Shown here piece by piece: positions 40,495 through 49,937 of a stretch of 54,274 nt of DNA. The stretch covers positions 1 to 54,274 of the forward strand of contig SHMW01000002.1 of the NCBI GenBank assembly GCA_008080735.1. The letters run 5' to 3'. A program made the position numbers and the translations under genes. The notes under the pieces are model-generated. The model was given only the letters and a program-made list of their open reading frames with translations. It was not told the origin of the DNA and did no database searches. The DNA is from Promethearchaeota archaeon (GTDB lineage: Archaea; Asgardarchaeota; Lokiarchaeia; Sigyniarchaeales; SOKP01). Each line of letters begins with the position of its first letter. Within the stretch, counting starts at the first letter, position 1.

Positions 40495-40594
40495 GTGGGG
40501 AGATGAATTCTCTTAACTCAAGATCTTTATCATTGAATTGATACACCGTACCAATCTCATATGGGTCAGAGCAATCATCGAATCATTTCCCCAT
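40495..40594. ncRNA. Candidate structured RNA or MITE-like element (terminal inverted repeat with internal hairpins)
   Basis: TGGGGAGATGAATTC (40496-40510) complementary to GAATCATTTCCCCA (40580-40593); GC-enriched island in an AT-rich spacer. Confidence 0.4.
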
Positions 40595-40797
40595 TTAGAT
40601 AATTAATCTTATCAATTTAAATTAATCGTATTCATGAATTTTAGTGAAATTATTTGGAATTTGGAATTTGCTCTTTTCTTAGAGAATGTAATTGACTTGC
40701 TAAATTATATTAAAGAGAATTTGATCCAAGAGTCTATAAAAGAATCTAATTATTAATGAGAAAAATATCGTTATATATTGAATTAAACGGAACTCTA

Positions 40798-41433
40798 TTA
40801 TCCTAATTCAATCTCTCCTTTAATATGGACGATTCTTCCCTTTATATTAAGTCTCCCATCACAAAAAAGTTCAATCGCTTTCGGAAATATTTTATGCTCC
40901 CAGAGAATTATTCGATCTCCTAACGTATCTTCAGTATCGTCGGCATAGACCGGTACACATTTCTGAATGATAATCGGTCCATGGTCCTCTTTCACATCCA
41001 CAAAATGTACTGTCGCACCGGAAACTTTAACCCCGTAATCTAGGGCGTCTTTATGAGCGTGCATTCCTTTAAAAGAAGGAAGTAAAGCAGGATGGATATT
41101 CATTACATTCCCATTAAAAGCTTCGATAAATGCCCCGCTTACTAATCTCATATAGCCCACTAGCGCAATTAATTGACAGTTAAAGTCTTTCAGAACTTTT
41201 ATCATCTTTCTATCAAATTCCTCTCTCGTTCCATGATGTTTATCGGATTCTATTAAGACACAGGGAATTCTGAGCTTTTCTGCCCTTTCCATACAATAGG
41301 CACCTGATTTATTACATATAAGCACGCTGACTTTCGCCTTCCCCTTTAATATACCAGATCTTGTTGATTGTACGATTGCCTCAAAATTAGAGCCCGAACC
41401 TGAGGCGATGCAACCAATATTAACTAACGACAT
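40798..41433 (-). CDS. purN: Phosphoribosylglycinamide formyltransferase
   Basis: SGSGSNFEA, GYMR, NIHPALLPSF, SGATVHFV, DHGPII. Confidence 0.96.
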   Translation of the reverse strand: MSLVNIGCIASGSGSNFEAIVQSTRSGILKGKAKVSVLICNKSGAYCMERAEKLRIPCVLIESDKHHGTREEFDRKMIKVLKDFNCQLIALVGYMRLVSGAFIEAFNGNVMNIHPALLPSFKGMHAHKDALDYGVKVSGATVHFVDVKEDHGPIIIQKCVPVYADDTEDTLGDRIILWEHKIFPKAIELFCDGRLNIKGRIVHIKGEIELG

Positions 41434-41860
41434 TTTGACAAAACTACAGTAATTTAGTCTATAGAAGTTCGGATTTTTTAAAAAGTATAGTAAACAAAAG
41501 TGATTTTATAATTCCACTATTCTTTATTTTTGGATATTATAGAATAAAGTAAATTTTAAAAAATCTGATGATTAATTCATATTACCCCATTGTTCTATTA
41601 AAATTACCTACTTTTCAAATTTAAGCCTAATTAATGCTATTAGTATAAAATAATAACAAAAACGGTTAATATCAAATCATACCACAATAGAAAGGTTTTT
41701 ATTGTAAAATTTATTCTTAAATCCTAGAGCTTTAGGAAATTTAAAACCCAAGCTTCAAAAACATTCTCTATACGATATAATTCTTATATTAGAGGAGAAT
41801 TAATTACAACTGCTTGTTAAATATGTGTATTTTATACATTACCAATAAAATTTACAAATA

Positions 41861-41901
41861 ATGGGTTTCTGTGTGTCTTTTAATCACGAGACCTATTTTT
41901 T
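41861..41901 (+). promoter_or_regulatory. Hairpin plus T-tract in the leader upstream of aCPSF1 (possible attenuator/terminator)
   Basis: ATGGGTTTCTGTG...CACGAGACCTAT followed by a T run, ~100 nt before the start codon. Confidence 0.35.
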
Positions 41902-42004
41902 GAATATTTAATATCAAGTAGAATTTAATAATCAATCAACATAAATTTTAAAGATAAAAAATTAACAACTGATTAGAACTTTTATCTAACTTATAAATAA
42001 GCGA

Positions 42005-43933
42005 ATGACAATGAGTTTTGAAAGAGAATTAGAAAAAATAAAGAAGGAAATAAGAGAATATCTTCCCGATGATATTCAGATTCAGAAAATTGAATTCGAA
42101 GGACCCGAAATCGCAGTCTACTCGAAAGGCGATTCTGACGGTGCGGACGTAGAGCTTATCCAGCAATCTGACATCTTAAAAGAGCTAGCAAAAAAGATGC
42201 GGAAACGAATAGTGATCCGATGGAATGTTGATAAACGGATGGATCCCGCGGAGACCGAGAAATATATTCGTAATTTGGTGGGCGAGGAAGCAGAGATTAG
42301 TGGTATTGAGTTCGATCATACCAGAGGAGAAGTGATCATAGAATCGGGAAAACCGGGAATAGTTATCGGGAAAAAAGGAGTCAACCTTAAAGAAATTCGA
42401 GCAAATACATTCTGGCAGCCCAGAACGATTCGAACACCCCCATTAACATCTCGAACGATTCAATTAATTAGAGGAATGTTAGCAAAAGAACGCCAAACCC
42501 AAAAGGATATCCTTCTCAGAATCGGAAAACGAATCCATCGCCCTGTGATGTATAAGGACCTTAACATACGTATGACAGCTTTAGGCGGATTTCGCGAAGT
42601 TGGACGTTCGGCTATCCTTATGCAAACACAAGATAGTAATATATTAATAGATTGTGGACTGAATGTCGGAAATCCTCGGGAGAGATTTCCCTTTTTCAAT
42701 CTTCCAGAATTTAACATTCGAGATTTGGATGCCGTTATTGTATCACATGCACATCTCGATCACTGTGGGATGGTACCATTTTTGTTTAAATATGGTTACA
42801 GAGGCCCAGTTTATAGTACTTTACCTACGCGAAACCTCTCTACTATGCTCCAACTCGATTTTGTACAGATTTGCGAGCGAGAAGGCACCACACCTCCCTA
42901 TTCTAAACGGGATGTGAAAAATACTGTACTTCATACCATTCCTTTATCATGGGGTAAGGTAACTGATATTGCTCCAGATGTGAAGCTTACGCTACATAAT
43001 TCAGGACATATTTTAGGATCCTCGATGGTTCATCTCCACTTTGGTAAGGGTGGATATAATTTTGTCTACACTGGAGATTTTAAATTCCAAAAAACGCGAT
43101 TATTAGAACGAGCAAATATAAAATTCCCAAGAGTGGAAGCCCTTGTGGTAGAATCCACTTATGGGGGTCCCCAAGATAGGATTCCAAGCCGACAAGAATC
43201 GGAGCGAGAACTACGACAAGTAATAAACTCTACCATTAAAAAAGGTGGAAAGGTATTAATTCCTGTCTTAGCAGTGGGCCGGGCTCAAGAATTAATTATC
43301 GTAATTGAGGAGTTTATCTCGAAAGGTATGATTGAACAAATCCCAATCTTTTTAGACGGATTGATCTCAGAGGCCACCGCGATTCATACGGCTAATCCCG
43401 ATTATTTGAGCAGTGATCTAAGGGAAAAGATTCTCCATCAAGGAAAGAATCCATTTCTGAGTGATTTCTTTACCACTGTGAATACATATGATGAGAGGAT
43501 GGATGTCTTGACAGGGGGGCCTTGTGTGATTATGGCTACAAGTGGAATGCTTATTGGAGGGCCATCTGTCTATTATTTGAAACATCTAGCTGAAAATCCT
43601 GATAATTCATTGATTTTTGTCTCATACCAAGTTCGAGGAACGCTCGGAAATCGAATTCAGCGTGGATTTAAGGAATTTCAGTATGTTGACGAAAAAGGAC
43701 GAACCCAACTGGTAAAATCGAATTTAAACATTTTTACTCTCGAAGGATTTAGCGGTCATTCTTCACGAAGCCAAATTTCGCAATTTATGCGCCGAATTCA
43801 GCCGCGTCCGAAGATGATTATCACAAATCATGGTGAAGAATCAAAGTGTGTAAGTTTAAGCACTATGATTCACAAAAAATTGAGGAAGGCTACAAAATCT
43901 CCAAAGAATCAAGAGACAATTCTTTTGAAGTAA
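42005..43933 (+). CDS. fttA: Beta-CASP ribonuclease aCPSF1 / transcription termination factor (KH-KH-MBL-beta-CASP)
   Basis: FEGPEI, KPGIVIGKKG KH motif, LGGFREVGRS, SHAHLDH, GHILGS, ESTYG, GFSGHS, HGE. Confidence 0.96.
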   Translation: MTMSFERELEKIKKEIREYLPDDIQIQKIEFEGPEIAVYSKGDSDGADVELIQQSDILKELAKKMRKRIVIRWNVDKRMDPAETEKYIRNLVGEEAEISGIEFDHTRGEVIIESGKPGIVIGKKGVNLKEIRANTFWQPRTIRTPPLTSRTIQLIRGMLAKERQTQKDILLRIGKRIHRPVMYKDLNIRMTALGGFREVGRSAILMQTQDSNILIDCGLNVGNPRERFPFFNLPEFNIRDLDAVIVSHAHLDHCGMVPFLFKYGYRGPVYSTLPTRNLSTMLQLDFVQICEREGTTPPYSKRDVKNTVLHTIPLSWGKVTDIAPDVKLTLHNSGHILGSSMVHLHFGKGGYNFVYTGDFKFQKTRLLERANIKFPRVEALVVESTYGGPQDRIPSRQESERELRQVINSTIKKGGKVLIPVLAVGRAQELIIVIEEFISKGMIEQIPIFLDGLISEATAIHTANPDYLSSDLREKILHQGKNPFLSDFFTTVNTYDERMDVLTGGPCVIMATSGMLIGGPSVYYLKHLAENPDNSLIFVSYQVRGTLGNRIQRGFKEFQYVDEKGRTQLVKSNLNIFTLEGFSGHSSRSQISQFMRRIQPRPKMIITNHGEESKCVSLSTMIHKKLRKATKSPKNQETILLK

Positions 43934-44040
43934 TCTCTCGCGGAGATTTTATTCCCTTCATTTATATATTTCGGGATTAGAATTGTATTATATAAAAGAA
44001 GAATAAGGGGTTCTATTTTGAATTATTCGCCCTTAATCGA

Positions 44041-44679
44041 TTACTGAACTAAAGTAATATAAATAAATCCTTCCGTTTTTACTTTGTTTATATAAGTGTT
44101 CAAATCATCTATAAACGCACCATATCTCTCAAATCCCATTCTTTCATAGAATTTCCAATTACTAAGAGGATCCGTATAAACAGATATCATTTTAGCGTTA
44201 ACCAATTTAGCCCTGTGTAAAAACCGATTGAGTAAAGCTTTCCCAATTCCTTTTCCGCGGTGTTCAGAATCAACAACAAATAACACAATTTCTCCCTCTG
44301 CCTTAGGTGTATATTGTAATACCTTCTGTTCAGTTGCGAATAGTTTTTCAAGAAAAATAAAAGGTTCAGAAAGCCGTCCGTATCTCCCAATTATTATTTT
44401 AAATAGAATATATAAATTGGGAATAATAGCCCTTATTTTATCTATAAATTGTTGGTCTTGTTCGAGCTTCCCAAAAAGGAATCCTACGACGCGATCATTT
44501 ATCGTAGCTATTTCATGCCATGTGGATCCGATCCGATTAATTTCAAGATAAGCTTTCATTATTTTTGGGATATCATCAACTGGGACTAAAGACGAAACAA
44601 TTGGCCATGCATCCACTGCTAATTCGGCTAATCTCTGAGTATCCTTTTTTTGAAAATTTCGAAAGTGAAGGGTATTCAT
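44041..44679 (-). CDS. GNAT-family N-acetyltransferase
   Basis: VDSEHRGKGIGKALL and FYERMGF acetyl-CoA motifs. Confidence 0.92.
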   Translation of the reverse strand: MNTLHFRNFQKKDTQRLAELAVDAWPIVSSLVPVDDIPKIMKAYLEINRIGSTWHEIATINDRVVGFLFGKLEQDQQFIDKIRAIIPNLYILFKIIIGRYGRLSEPFIFLEKLFATEQKVLQYTPKAEGEIVLFVVDSEHRGKGIGKALLNRFLHRAKLVNAKMISVYTDPLSNWKFYERMGFERYGAFIDDLNTYINKVKTEGFIYITLVQ

Positions 44680-44924
44680 TTGTAAATAAATTAAAAACCA
44701 ATGAATAAATATTTAGGTAATTATCCCAACCCGTTCTAAAAAAATGATGGATATATAATTACATGGATTTATGAGTTATTCTTTTTAAAATAATTAGAAA
44801 AAAGGTCATTAATTACCATTTAAAGTTTTTCTATTTCTTATTCTCTTTTTCTCTAAAAAATTTTTTTAACCAACCATAATTTAATAAGTTAAATTTAGTT
44901 TATTTACGAGTTAGTGGTAATCTT

Positions 44925-45866
44925 TTGAGTCAAATAATTCAGAAACTTCGAGAGAAGAAGATAACAATCATTCGAAGGGTCGTCCAGATCGCCTCGTTTT
45001 TAATTATTAATTATATTATTATTGAAGCTATATTTTCGATTAATCTTTTAAGCTTGGAGCCGTTCATAAAAGTTCTACCCGTGATTAATACTCCACGAAA
45101 TCCACTCTCAGAGGGTTCTGGTTTATTGGAATACATTTTTTACTCCATTGCGCAAGGGATTTTTCCCCTATTACTTATTGCGATCTTTGTCTTGATAATT
45201 CTATTTACTGCCCGCTTCTTCTGTGGTTGGGTTTGCCCGATAGGAACGATTCAAGATGGTTTAACCGCCCTGCCTATAGAAACGAAGTCTATGAAAATGA
45301 GCACGCACAATTCCTTGGTAAAGGTGAAATATTTTTTTGTAGTTATTTTAATTCTTATTATTGTGCCATTGGGAATTACCAAATATACCAATATCGCCTT
45401 TTATATCGAATTTCGAGATAATCTCGGAGATTTTGCAAACAAACCTTTTGGTTTTTTCTCCCTTTCTGAATTTATTTTTGTTACTCTGCCGAATATATTA
45501 GTGAGTATCTGGCAGACTGGAGGTCTCACGCCGATCTTTTCGAATTTTTGGACGTTTATTGTATTCTTTTTCTTTTTGGCAATCCTAATATTATCGCTCT
45601 GGTATCCTCGAATGTATTGCAGATATTTTTGTCCATTCGGTGCCTTGGCGTCGGTTATTAGCGGATACTCCTTCCTAAAACTTTCACGTAGTCCAGTCAG
45701 ATGTGTTGGTAGAAAAGAATGCGGGATATGTGAGAAAGTATGCCCTAAACAAATTCGTATTTTGGATGAGCCTTTTGAATTTTTTACTGGAGATGGAGAA
45801 TGTAATCTATGTTCGAAATGTCTTGAAGAATGCCCTTATGATGCAATAGAAATAAAATTCGGATAA
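44925..45866 (+). CDS. Membrane 4Fe-4S protein (NapH/MauN family)
   Basis: RFFCGWVCP, RMYCRYFCP, two CxxCxxxCP ferredoxin motifs, multiple TMs. Confidence 0.9.
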   Translation: MSQIIQKLREKKITIIRRVVQIASFLIINYIIIEAIFSINLLSLEPFIKVLPVINTPRNPLSEGSGLLEYIFYSIAQGIFPLLLIAIFVLIILFTARFFCGWVCPIGTIQDGLTALPIETKSMKMSTHNSLVKVKYFFVVILILIIVPLGITKYTNIAFYIEFRDNLGDFANKPFGFFSLSEFIFVTLPNILVSIWQTGGLTPIFSNFWTFIVFFFFLAILILSLWYPRMYCRYFCPFGALASVISGYSFLKLSRSPVRCVGRKECGICEKVCPKQIRILDEPFEFFTGDGECNLCSKCLEECPYDAIEIKFG

Positions 45867-45984
45867 AATTTTTTGGGTTCTTTTCGATTGACTCTTCTGT
45901 AAAAACGAATGAAAAACTTTTTAATCAAATTCTTTCATTATCTTTAAAAATATTTAACACGAACACACATTCAGTGGACAATTC

Positions 45985-46236
45985 ATGGAAAATACTTTTG
46001 GAAAAATCGCAGTGGTCCTAGGAGCTCTTTCGATGGGGCTCTCTTTTTTAGGGATAGGAATCATTGCTGGACCCATAGGATTATTGATTGGGCTCATCGG
46101 GTTAATAAAAGATGATAAAAAACTGCCTTCAGTAGTAGGAATCTTGCTTTCAGGTATTGGATTAATAATTTCGATTTTGTTTTTTATCTTTCTATTTGAT
46201 ATTATCATGACTATCTTGAGTCCATGGACCTGGTAA
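45985..46236 (+). CDS. Small Gly-rich membrane protein (DUF4190-like)
   Basis: 83 aa, hydrophobic GxxG-rich helices. Confidence 0.65.
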   Translation: MENTFGKIAVVLGALSMGLSFLGIGIIAGPIGLLIGLIGLIKDDKKLPSVVGILLSGIGLIISILFFIFLFDIIMTILSPWTW

Positions 46237-46461
46237 TACTTTGGTAATACAAAAACAATGGGCAAGTTTTTAATCTCTTATATTTTCTTTTTTTCATGCT
46301 TGGTTTCTTCAGTTTACTAAATACTTAATTTCTTGGGAATGGCCGAAAACCAAGATCTTTAATCTGCTTTATACGAGCAAATCTCTAAAATAAATCTTTA
46401 TTTGAAGCTTGATTAATTAAATATAAAATTATAGAGAAATGACTTTTAGAGCCTTTTTATT

Positions 46462-47688
46462 ATGTCCCACCCAATCATAACACGCTTGAGAGGAAGATTC
46501 AAACGCAATTCAGATATCGGACCTTATGGAATTCTCGATAAAGATGCGGTAAGATATTACCCGGAAGAGGATGAAGATAAGGAATATGAAGATATTCGCT
46601 CAGCTTTTTTCAGAGATACTGACCGTATCGTTCATTCGAAATCATATGCCCGATATATCGATAAATCCCAGGTATTTTTCGATCTTGATATCTATAACGC
46701 GAATATTACCCATCGTTCATTACATGTGGTCCTTGTCTCTCGATTAAGTCGCCAAATTGGGAGAATATTAAAACTTAACTTGGATTTAATAGAAGCGATC
46801 GCCTTGGGTCATGATATTGGACACGCCCCATACGGTCATCTTGGAGAACGGATACTTAATGATTTAAGCGAGGAGTATAATCTTGGCAATTTTGCCCATA
46901 ATGCGCAAAGTGTACGCTGGCTCTCAAAACTCGAGAAACGCTTTCCTAAACAACCTGCACAAGGGCTAAACCTTACTCTACAAGTTTTAGACGGGATTTT
47001 ATGCCACGACGGTGAAATTAACGAACGGCAGTTAAAACCTATAAATGTCAATGAAAAAAGCTGGAATGACCATTTTGCTGAATACTATGATTGTTTCAAT
47101 AAAAATAAGATTGTGAGAATCCCAATGTCTTATGAGGGTATAGCAGTTCGTTTTGCTGATACTATCGCCTATATCGGTCGCGACATTGAAGATGCGATAC
47201 TTCTGGAATATATTCAAAGAGAGGAGATCCCTAAGGAATGTGTGGATGTGCTCGGGGATACAAATCGCAAGATCATTAACACCTTAATAATGGACTTGCT
47301 CATGTTCAGCTTAGACAATGAGACAATAGGATATAGTGGGAAGGTCTATCAAGCACTGAAACAGCTTAAGAATTTTAACTATGAATATATCTATAATCGA
47401 AGAGACCTGTTTAAAGATACCGCTTCGACTAAAAATTTTATGGAATCATTATATGAGAAATTCGAATTAATTTTTCATCAATCTCTCAAGGATTTAGAAA
47501 ATGAACGGATGGATTCGTATATCTTTAGAGACCATATCAGTTATATTGATGATGCGAATCTAAATACTTATTATCAACCACTTAGAGAAAAAGAAAAGCT
47601 CCCACTTATCGTGCGGGATTATATTGCTGGGATGAGTGACAAGTATTTTAATGAAATCTATCGTAGGTTGAAATCCACCACTACTTAA
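46462..47688 (+). CDS. HD-domain dNTP triphosphohydrolase (dGTPase-like)
   Basis: F.RD.DRIVHS, HRSLH, GHDIGH.PYGH.GE, HNAQS, DGILCH, ADTIAY..DIEDA, DYIAGMSD. Confidence 0.9.
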   Translation: MSHPIITRLRGRFKRNSDIGPYGILDKDAVRYYPEEDEDKEYEDIRSAFFRDTDRIVHSKSYARYIDKSQVFFDLDIYNANITHRSLHVVLVSRLSRQIGRILKLNLDLIEAIALGHDIGHAPYGHLGERILNDLSEEYNLGNFAHNAQSVRWLSKLEKRFPKQPAQGLNLTLQVLDGILCHDGEINERQLKPINVNEKSWNDHFAEYYDCFNKNKIVRIPMSYEGIAVRFADTIAYIGRDIEDAILLEYIQREEIPKECVDVLGDTNRKIINTLIMDLLMFSLDNETIGYSGKVYQALKQLKNFNYEYIYNRRDLFKDTASTKNFMESLYEKFELIFHQSLKDLENERMDSYIFRDHISYIDDANLNTYYQPLREKEKLPLIVRDYIAGMSDKYFNEIYRRLKSTTT

Positions 47689-47751
47689 CTTTTTTTATAT
47701 CACTTTAGCTTAGGGGAGAAATTATAATACGAGGATCATACATTATCTTTA

Positions 47752-47890
47752 AAATGTGGTGGATGTAAAAGAGGATATAAGTTTTTTACCAATCCAGCTT
47801 TCGGGGTTTTTTCAGTCACGGGGTTTAAGAATAAGTTTTTTTAAGCCGAAATGGGTTATCCTCTTAAATGTTTTAGATCACATCCACCAC
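47752..47890 (-). ncRNA. Candidate ~135-nt rod-like ncRNA
   Basis: Nested inverted repeats GTGGTGGATGT/ACATCCACCAC, AAGAGGATA/TATCCTCTT and TTTCGG/CCGAAA; TTTTTATA box 21-29 nt upstream on the minus strand; T-tract at the 3' end. Confidence 0.55.
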
Positions 47891-48242
47891 TAAGAATATA
47901 AAATACTCAACTATAAAAATTTATCTGTTAGTGTTGTAAGAAAGTAGGAGAAAAGCCATATTCCAAAATTTTTTTGTATGATTGTGAATACATTTTCATT
48001 ATTATCTTTTATTTTCAATAATTATTGCTTCATATAAACTTTGATTCTGATTTAGAATTTGTTCTAATGGAGAGTTGAAAATTAAGCTGAAGGATAAAAA
48101 CACTACGCTATTAAATTTGAATTGATTTTCTCTGTGTTATTTTTTTTGTATGGCATCTCTAATAGAATTCTAGATCTTATTAGTCATAAGTAAGAACTCA
48201 TTGATTAAAGAAGAATTATATATAGTAAAAAATTGTTATAAT

Positions 48243-48393
48243 ATAGATTCTAATTATGATAAAGTTGCGAATGTGCTTTATTTCCTTTTAACTTCTCAAA
48301 AATAAATGTCCACATTACAGAAATATATCTAAAGTAGTATTAATAGATTATGATAAGAAGGGAAAAATAATTGGAATTGAGATTTTCAATTAA
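48243..48393 (+). pseudogene. DUF2283-family pseudogene (frameshifted)
   Basis: One frame reads NYDKVANVLYF then stops; a second frame reads VLIDYDKKGKIIGIEIF*; these are the two halves of the DUF2283 signature. Confidence 0.7.
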
Positions 48394-48455
48394 ATTGAAA
48401 AGAATCTGAACGAAAATAAGCCTATTTTGATGAATGCATTTTAATCATAAGCTTG

Positions 48456-48896
48456 TTATTTACCAAGATCTCCAATGATCTTTTTTATTTCTTCATATTC
48501 AAATTTCATTTGGCGATAGACCCGTTCTTTTCGTATTTCCCTGTCTAGTACCTGTTCTACATTTTCAAACGGTTTTTCTTGGGAACCAGAATCGTGACTC
48601 GTGGCAGTAATGAGCTTATCAAAATCATAAAATGGTAGCCCAAGTCGTGTATACATGAACCTGGCTTTATCGTATCCCTTTTCCAAGAGAATGGCGCAGA
48701 CCATTTCCCGAATTTCAGGAGACGTCAAGACGGGAATTTTATAGGCGATTACACGACGAGCTAGCTCAATGGCTACTTCATTTGCTTCATTTTCCGTTAA
48801 TAATGTTTCTTCCTTCAAGCTTTCATAAATTCGTTTTGGATCAAAGGTTTCTTCGGTATTTTTACTCGTTTTTACTTTAGGCAACAGGTCATACAT
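48456..48896 (-). CDS. Stand-alone ATP-cone domain protein
   Basis: KV.TS....E.FDPKRI..SL..ET, LTSPEIREMV..ILLE.G, YTRLGLP.YD as in the N-terminus of archaeal NrdD. Confidence 0.85.
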   Translation of the reverse strand: MYDLLPKVKTSKNTEETFDPKRIYESLKEETLLTENEANEVAIELARRVIAYKIPVLTSPEIREMVCAILLEKGYDKARFMYTRLGLPFYDFDKLITATSHDSGSQEKPFENVEQVLDREIRKERVYRQMKFEYEEIKKIIGDLGK

Positions 48897-49174
48897 GATA
48901 AGGTTTCAAAACCCCATTATAAGTAATAATAATATTAATAATTATAATTTTTCATAATTTTTAATTGCACTAAAGACTACTTATTAATAAAATAATAAAA
49001 TTTTTCTTATGTACATATTTGGCTCCCTCCCTCCTCATCAATTCTTTTTGATTTTAAGTCTAGGGCAAGGCGCACAAAATAATAATCAATACTAAAAAAT
49101 CTAATCAATAGTAGAATTTCAAGAAAATTTTTTAGGAATCCTAAATTATTTAGATCATCAATAGAAATCATCAA

Positions 49175-49276
49175 AGCCCAGTGGTGTAGAACGATATATG
49201 CCTATATGTCGTGCAGAACGGCCAAGCATTTGGGACTCTGAATCCTAAGACCACGGTTCGACTCCGTGCTGGGCTA
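49175..49276 (+). tRNA. tRNA-Gln(CTG) with 27-nt intron (49191-49217) at position 16/17 in the D-loop
   Basis: Acceptor AGCCCAG/CTGGGCT+A (A1-U72, typical of archaeal tRNA-Gln); anticodon CTG at 49238-40; T-arm CACGG-TTCGACT-CCGTG; BHB-like TGTA:TGCA helix with two GAA bulges. Confidence 0.9.
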
Positions 49277-49393
49277 TTATTTATTTAAACTTCTATTCAA
49301 AAAATTTATTGATTTTTAGACATATTTAGTGCATATTCTTATAAAGATAACCTTGTTTCAAAAGAATTAAGTAAAAAAATATGAATTTCAATA

Positions 49394-49807
49394 TTAATTT
49401 ATGATAAGATATCGGAAATTAGTTATTTCACTTATAGAATTAATCTCTACCACCAATTTATGGAAGTCTTCCAAATACCCTTCATAAACCATGAATATAG
49501 TGAGATTTTCTTGCATATAATGTTGATTTCTACTCACAATATGATTTTTGAAGATTGTCTCGATTTTATTTATTTTTTTCACTACATTATAATCGTTGGG
49601 AATCACAATCATTAAATTTCCATTAATCTTTTTAGAAATTGGGATGGATTCTCCATCTGAATCGACTTCTTCAGAATCAACGGTTGACATTAGCCGCAAT
49701 AGAGCATCTCGAACTAATTTTGATCTGTTATCATAATGTTGTTTTGAGATTAATTTATTTATGAATTTTTTAATACTTTCATTGATGGAGATGCTAATTA
49801 TGGGCAT
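49394..49807 (-). CDS. Ribbon-helix-helix (CopG/NikR-like) regulator with C-terminal ACT-like domain
   Basis: MPIISISI...YDNRSKLVRDAL RHH motif; ATG at 49807 preferred over the tracked TTG at 49843. Confidence 0.8.
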   Translation of the reverse strand: MPIISISINESIKKFINKLISKQHYDNRSKLVRDALLRLMSTVDSEEVDSDGESIPISKKINGNLMIVIPNDYNVVKKINKIETIFKNHIVSRNQHYMQENLTIFMVYEGYLEDFHKLVVEINSISEITNFRYLIIN

Positions 49808-49937
49808 TTTTTTATAACACCTTAAAAATATTCTATAAGACAAAGAGAAAAAAATTCCTTAATATCCTTAATTACACTTTAAATAAATATTCTTTCTTGT
49901 ATTTAAAATTGATTGTTAAATTATGGAAAAAAAGGTT

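Noticed and set aside
40495-40594. Fluoride riboswitch, SECIS or complete C/D-box sRNA
   Set aside because: GGAGATG-like start but no pseudoknot partner; no apical AA or UGA-containing gene for SECIS; no terminal D box
45954-46265. 103-aa minus-strand ORF
   Set aside because: Antisense to the more plausible hydrophobic 83-aa plus-strand gene
47752-47890. 5S rRNA or simple terminator
   Set aside because: Only a short CCCATTTCG resemblance without the 5S helix pattern; too long and nested for a terminator
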